Of a stretch of DNA of 30,022 nucleotides, positions 26,955 to 30,022 are shown in pieces. The first letter of the stretch is position 1. Each line of letters starts with the position of its first letter. The notes under the pieces are model-generated. The model was not told where the DNA came from and made no database searches. It saw nothing but the letters and a program-made list of their open reading frames with translations. The DNA lies in the NCBI GenBank assembly GCA_022564995.1, contig JADFKK010000067.1, forward strand, positions 1-30,022, read 5' to 3'. This DNA comes from Planctomycetota bacterium. Its GTDB lineage: Bacteria; Planctomycetota; Planctomycetia; Pirellulales; JADFKK01. Made by a program: the position numbers and the translations under genes.

Positions 26955-27650
26955 TTTCTTCTCCGGCACATACGGCAACACGCCCATTCCGCGCCCGCTG
27001 TTTCTGATGATCGCGTCGTTGAGCTTTTTCGCCTCGCCATCGAATCTCTTGCCTTTTAGTTTTATGAAGACGGTGATCTGCCGCTCCGCGCGCGAGCGGC
27101 TACTGCCCCGGGAGGCCTCGCGGCTGCCCAAGCGGCTGCCCATCGCCGCGACGGTAAACGGTCCAATCAGGTCATCCTGGGTTCCTTGCGACTCCTTCAC
27201 CTCTGGACGAGTCGGCGCGATGAAATAAACTTGGTCGCCCGGATCGATCAGCGCCGTCACAACGCGGTTGGAGTCGATCGGAACAACCATCCAGGACTTG
27301 TTCTCCCCCTCAAACGTAATCTCGGTCGGCGGCGTGCGATAGTCCTTGCGAAATATCAAATCGCCTTCCGAAAGCGGGCGGGTTGCCTTGATCGCGCCGA
27401 CGACCGTATTGATTTCGTCATAAAGGTAGACGAATTTTTTCAACTGGTCGGCCTGTTTTTTCGGCACCGGCACCCGGACCAACTGATCCTTCTTAATCAG
27501 ATCGCCGACTTTAATCGTCACGCCGTCGCGAACCCCGATAAACGCCACGCTACCGCTGCCCTCGGTCTTCTGGCTGAGATAAACCCAATTGACCGCCACG
27601 GCCAGCAGGCCCAGCCCGGCCGCGATGATAAGACCTATCGAACCCTTCAT
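26952..27650 (-). CDS. cpaB: CpaB/RcpC-like Flp pilus assembly protein.
   Basis: N-terminal signal-anchor MKGSIGLIIAAGLGLLAVAVNWVYL, then a SAF-like beta domain (VAFIGVRDGVTIKVGDLIKKDQLVRVPVP) and an RcpC-like C-terminal region. Its position upstream of cpaF fits. Confidence 0.6.
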   Translation of the reverse strand: MKGSIGLIIAAGLGLLAVAVNWVYLSQKTEGSGSVAFIGVRDGVTIKVGDLIKKDQLVRVPVPKKQADQLKKFVYLYDEINTVVGAIKATRPLSEGDLIFRKDYRTPPTEITFEGENKSWMVVPIDSNRVVTALIDPGDQVYFIAPTRPEVKESQGTQDDLIGPFTVAAMGSRLGSREASRGSSRSRAERQITVFIKLKGKRFDGEAKKLNDAIIRNSGRGMGVLPYVPEKK

Positions 27651-27657
27651 ACGTTGA

Positions 27658-28665
27658 TTACTCCCGGGAACCGCTCGGCGCCGCCCTCAGCACCAACGTC
27701 CCACCGATGTTATGGTCTCGATCCCGGGCCAACTGGATTTCGATTCGGCCTGCCTCGGGGTGCTCGAACCGCGCATGCCACGAGCCGTGCAGATTGCGCC
27801 AGGCGACGTCGGGCGAATAGCCGTGCCCGACCAACCACCGGTCGTAAAACTGCATCCACGCTTGTGGCGTTCCGTTTGAATTCTGTTCCGCTCGAGGCGC
27901 TCGCTGTCGAAAACCGACCACGCCCTCGCCCTCGCCAAACCGCAACGTCAAGGTTCGTTCTGCCCCCGGCGGAAGCGGAACCTCAAGTGAGCCTGCGGCC
28001 ACGGCGAGACGTCCTTCTTGTAGGTGGTAAGTAAACAGCGTCCACTCGTGCTCGGACGCGGCCAGCGCCAACCCCCAACATACCACGCGGCGGTCGAATG
28101 GGGCAACTTCACCGCCCTGGTCAGAAGCGGCCAAAACGGCCTTTTTTCGGCTCTCGGCGGCCGTTTTTCGGGTCGCGGCGACCATTGGCAGCGGCCCGTC
28201 GAGCTGGAAAATTTCCCAAATCGCCGCTTCGCCCGAGATGGGGCCATGTTCGACCGGGGATAGTGCATCGAGGGTGGCCAACATTTTCAGTTCCGAGGCG
28301 AGCGCAGGCGCGGCGGGAGGTGCTGAACGCCCCACGATAACGCGGCAGCGACGACGCAGTTGGGCCATAGCCGCTTTGCGATCGCCGCTGAATCGCTGAC
28401 GGCCGAGCGATCCGTCCATTTCGGCCGTCTGAAGCGAATGCGGCACGCCGGCGTCGGACGTATCGCCTCGGCCCAACATGTCCAGCGCGATCTGTCGCGG
28501 GTTGGCCTCCTCGGCCGGCTCGCCCCACCAGCCGATCATCTCCCGGCCGACCATCCAGCCGCCAAAAAGAATGATCAGCGTGGCCAGGACGTTGCAGACC
28601 CACCCGGTAACGCGGCGTCGGCGCGAAAGCGGCTCTTTCGATTTGCGGGGCGGAGATTCGCTCAT
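27658..28665 (-). CDS. Tad-locus membrane-anchored protein of unknown function. It has a basic N-terminus and one transmembrane helix (VTGWVCNVLATLIILFGGWMVG). The start is probably the ATG at 28665 rather than 28692.
   Basis: The ORF is in the operon between the tadE-like gene and cpaB. The upstream Met at 28692 lies inside the REP-like palindrome, and the same spurious MLKHNLR N-terminus appears at 18375. Confidence 0.55.
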   Translation of the reverse strand: MSESPPRKSKEPLSRRRRVTGWVCNVLATLIILFGGWMVGREMIGWWGEPAEEANPRQIALDMLGRGDTSDAGVPHSLQTAEMDGSLGRQRFSGDRKAAMAQLRRRCRVIVGRSAPPAAPALASELKMLATLDALSPVEHGPISGEAAIWEIFQLDGPLPMVAATRKTAAESRKKAVLAASDQGGEVAPFDRRVVCWGLALAASEHEWTLFTYHLQEGRLAVAAGSLEVPLPPGAERTLTLRFGEGEGVVGFRQRAPRAEQNSNGTPQAWMQFYDRWLVGHGYSPDVAWRNLHGSWHARFEHPEAGRIEIQLARDRDHNIGGTLVLRAAPSGSRE

Positions 28666-28673
28666 CGGTTTTC

Positions 28674-28750
28674 GTAGGTTATGCTTCAGCATAACATCGC
28701 AGGCACGCGACGCCTTCGCTTGGATTTCGTTATGCTAAAGCATAACCTAC
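28674..28750. repeat. REP/MITE-like element: two inverted copies of the 24-bp palindromic unit GTAGGTTATGCT(TC/TT)AGCATAAC flanking about 28 bp.
   Basis: cgtaggttatgcttcagcataac at 28674, and gttatgctaaagcataacctacat at 28728, which is the reverse-complement orientation. A third solo copy is at 18357. Confidence 0.75.
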
Positions 28751-29553
28751 ATCCCTAATGCGGCGGCTTCTCGTTGTTGAAAGATTTGCTCTAATCGTCG
28801 AGGCAGTTGGCTGATGAGCCCGCGACGGCCCGGCGTGTCGATCAGACGATTGACTTCCAGCCTCTCGACCACCTCCTCGTCCAATTCACAGCGGCCGGCG
28901 TTGATCCTGGGATGAAAGCCGTTAAGCACTTCCAGCGCCTCGCGCTCGGGCATCGACAGCAAGTCACGCACCGATTTTACGAAGAGACTGCCGTCGGTCT
29001 TCGGCAATTCATACAACACCTTTGTGCGTCGATAGATGTTACGCGGCAGGCCAACGCGGTCGCCGGCGTCGTTCTCGACGTTCATCTGCGACGTCTGCCA
29101 CTGGCCGTCGAGCATCGGGTGGCGAATCTCGCCGCTATTGAACTCACCTAGCTTCGACAGCAGGGGATATCCGCGCGTGATTTCCGCCGAGCCGCGATAG
29201 GCACCCGCGCGATCGGGATTGAGCAGCGGACGCACGATGAAGCCGTTGGGCAAGGGGCCGCGAACCACCGGAAGATCGATCGCCTGATCGTCGAGCCGGG
29301 CGATCTCGACGTCGCCCGCCACGTCCATTTTAGCATTCGCCGGCCAAACCTTCGTCTCGGGCCGCGGCTCGTCGCGCCCCGTCCGCGGCCAACGCACCCG
29401 CCAGGCCGCATCGCGGGCGACGATCTCGCCGCGTATCCGCCAGGCGGTCATCGTGCCCAGATTGACCATCAGCGCCGTCACGAACAAAAACACCGGCAGC
29501 CAGAGGACAAACTCCAGGGGAGCCAAGCCGCGACGTCGTCGACTGTGATTCAT
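28747..29553 (-). CDS. TadE/TadG-like pseudopilin-type Flp pilus assembly protein.
   Basis: The N-terminus RRRGLAPLEFVLWLPVFLFVTALMVNLGTM matches the TadE-like N-terminal motif (G.A.VEFAL..P.LL.L..G). At 268 aa it falls between TadE and TadG in size. Confidence 0.55.
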   Translation of the reverse strand: MNHSRRRRGLAPLEFVLWLPVFLFVTALMVNLGTMTAWRIRGEIVARDAAWRVRWPRTGRDEPRPETKVWPANAKMDVAGDVEIARLDDQAIDLPVVRGPLPNGFIVRPLLNPDRAGAYRGSAEITRGYPLLSKLGEFNSGEIRHPMLDGQWQTSQMNVENDAGDRVGLPRNIYRRTKVLYELPKTDGSLFVKSVRDLLSMPEREALEVLNGFHPRINAGRCELDEEVVERLEVNRLIDTPGRRGLISQLPRRLEQIFQQREAAALGM

Positions 29554-29571
29554 GATGTTGACCTACGTGGT

Positions 29572-29667
29572 TAGTCGTTGATCGCTCTGCGATCGAAACG
29601 TATTGTTCGCGGAGCGAACAACGACTATTGAACAATTCGTTTCGATCGCGGAGCGAACAACGACTAT
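29572..29667. repeat. Composite element of about 96 bp: 29-bp terminal inverted repeats (CGTTTCGATCGCrGAGCGAwCAACGACTA) plus an internal 21-bp direct copy. The core GTTCGC-GGA-GCGAAC is itself palindromic.
   Basis: The reverse complement of 29572-29600 matches 29638-29666 at 27/29. The sequence cgcggagcgaacaacgactat at 29609-29629 repeats part of 29647-29667. The element lies between the tadE-like start and the upstream small ORF stop. Confidence 0.7.
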
Positions 29668-30014
29668 CAGTGATTGCTAATCCACCGCAAATCTTCTTCC
29701 GTCAGCCTGCGCAGATCCGGCACATTGGCCTCCACCCCGATCGACTCGGGCGACGTGCTGAGAATCTCCGCGAGCGCCGGCGTGGTGGCTGGCACCATCT
29801 GCATGGTCCAGTTCTGATTGATTAAATCCCAACGCGTCGGATGCCGAGCGGAACTCTGCCGGGTGACGTACCATTCGACCTCGTTCTCCGAGCCGTCGGG
29901 CGGAGGCGGCTGCTGCGCTCCGGGCACGGGCAGAGGGACACTCTCGCCGCCGGGCACGGCCCCCGAATTCTCGCCGGAATTTTGTTGCTGCTGGTCGAGC
30001 CGCCGCGAGGCCAT
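29667..30014 (-). CDS. Small hypothetical protein of 115 aa with a Gln/Pro-rich N-terminus and no transmembrane helix.
   Basis: Complete ORF with its ATG at 30012-30014. It has no recognisable domain. Its codon usage is GC-rich like its neighbours. It may be the first gene of the tad operon or unrelated. Confidence 0.35.
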   Translation of the reverse strand: MASRRLDQQQQNSGENSGAVPGGESVPLPVPGAQQPPPPDGSENEVEWYVTRQSSARHPTRWDLINQNWTMQMVPATTPALAEILSTSPESIGVEANVPDLRRLTEEDLRWISNH

Positions 30015-30022
30015 AATCAGCC

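Noticed and set aside
26700-26960. The tandem repeat region as a possible CRISPR array.
   Set aside because: The unit length is 7-8 bp with no unique spacers, and the two halves are inverted complements. The region is a palindromic tandem-repeat structure, not a repeat-spacer array.
26640-27228. Small ORFs translating to LKPQASSLKPQASSL-type repeats (26645..26869 on the -, 26778..27059 and 26785..27228 on the +).
   Set aside because: These are translations of the heptamer/octamer tandem arrays of the large inverted repeat. Their periodicity of 7-8 nt is not a multiple of 3, and the other ORFs overlap the CpaB-like gene.
28666-28692. ATG at 28692 (MLKHNLRKP) as the start of the tad membrane protein.
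   Set aside because: This Met lies inside the REP-like palindrome. The identical MLKHNLR peptide arises from the solo repeat copy at 18375, so it is a repeat artefact. The internal ATG at 28665 is preferred.

Overview
This is a high-GC (about 62-65%) bacterial chromosomal window. Its giant secreted and cytoplasmic proteins, Hanks-type kinase, dockerin-like repeats and Tad pilus genes fit a Planctomycetota-like genome; that attribution is inference. From left to right: (1) the 3' 5 kb of a 5'-truncated giant secreted adhesin-like protein with cadherin-like repeats, a LamG/ConA-like domain, a C-type lectin domain, dockerin-like repeat pairs and a tandemly duplicated C-terminal module. (2) A + strand NfeD/YqiJ-like gene and a YqiK-type flotillin gene (707 aa) whose ends overlap. 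A 240 bp AT-rich repeat region separates them from a 1,828-aa cytoplasmic protein carrying a single AAA_5/MoxR-type ATPase module (Walker A SPPGYGKTT, Walker B IYLDD, NP sensor) and coiled coils. (3) A single-gene island of about 1.9 kb at roughly 49% GC. It encodes an acidic, disordered N-terminus, a KRKKRR basic patch, two tandem SAP domains and a C-terminal domain that looks like a PD-(D/E)xK nuclease. (4) A 700 bp intergenic region full of palindromes, then a PfkB-family sugar kinase and a secreted HExxH protein. (5) A - strand Tad/Flp pilus locus: a TadE-like pseudopilin, a membrane protein, CpaB, CpaF with an N-terminal FHA domain, TadB, TadC, a zinc-ribbon membrane protein, and a 1,139-aa Ser/Thr kinase fused through one transmembrane helix to an extracytoplasmic caspase-like (peptidase C14) domain and a TPR-like tail. 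The intergenic regions hold several unusual elements. Three are large inverted repeats whose arms are tandem heptamer arrays; the largest is a roughly 250 bp cruciform between cpaB and cpaF. A 24 bp REP/MITE-like palindrome occurs three times. A 22 nt hairpin motif, GCAGGTTRGGAAACCTGCCCCA, is conserved 23-28 nt upstream of two unrelated start codons. The flotillin-linked giant AAA ATPase, the SAP/nuclease island and the phospho-signalling Tad locus look like the most novel candidates.
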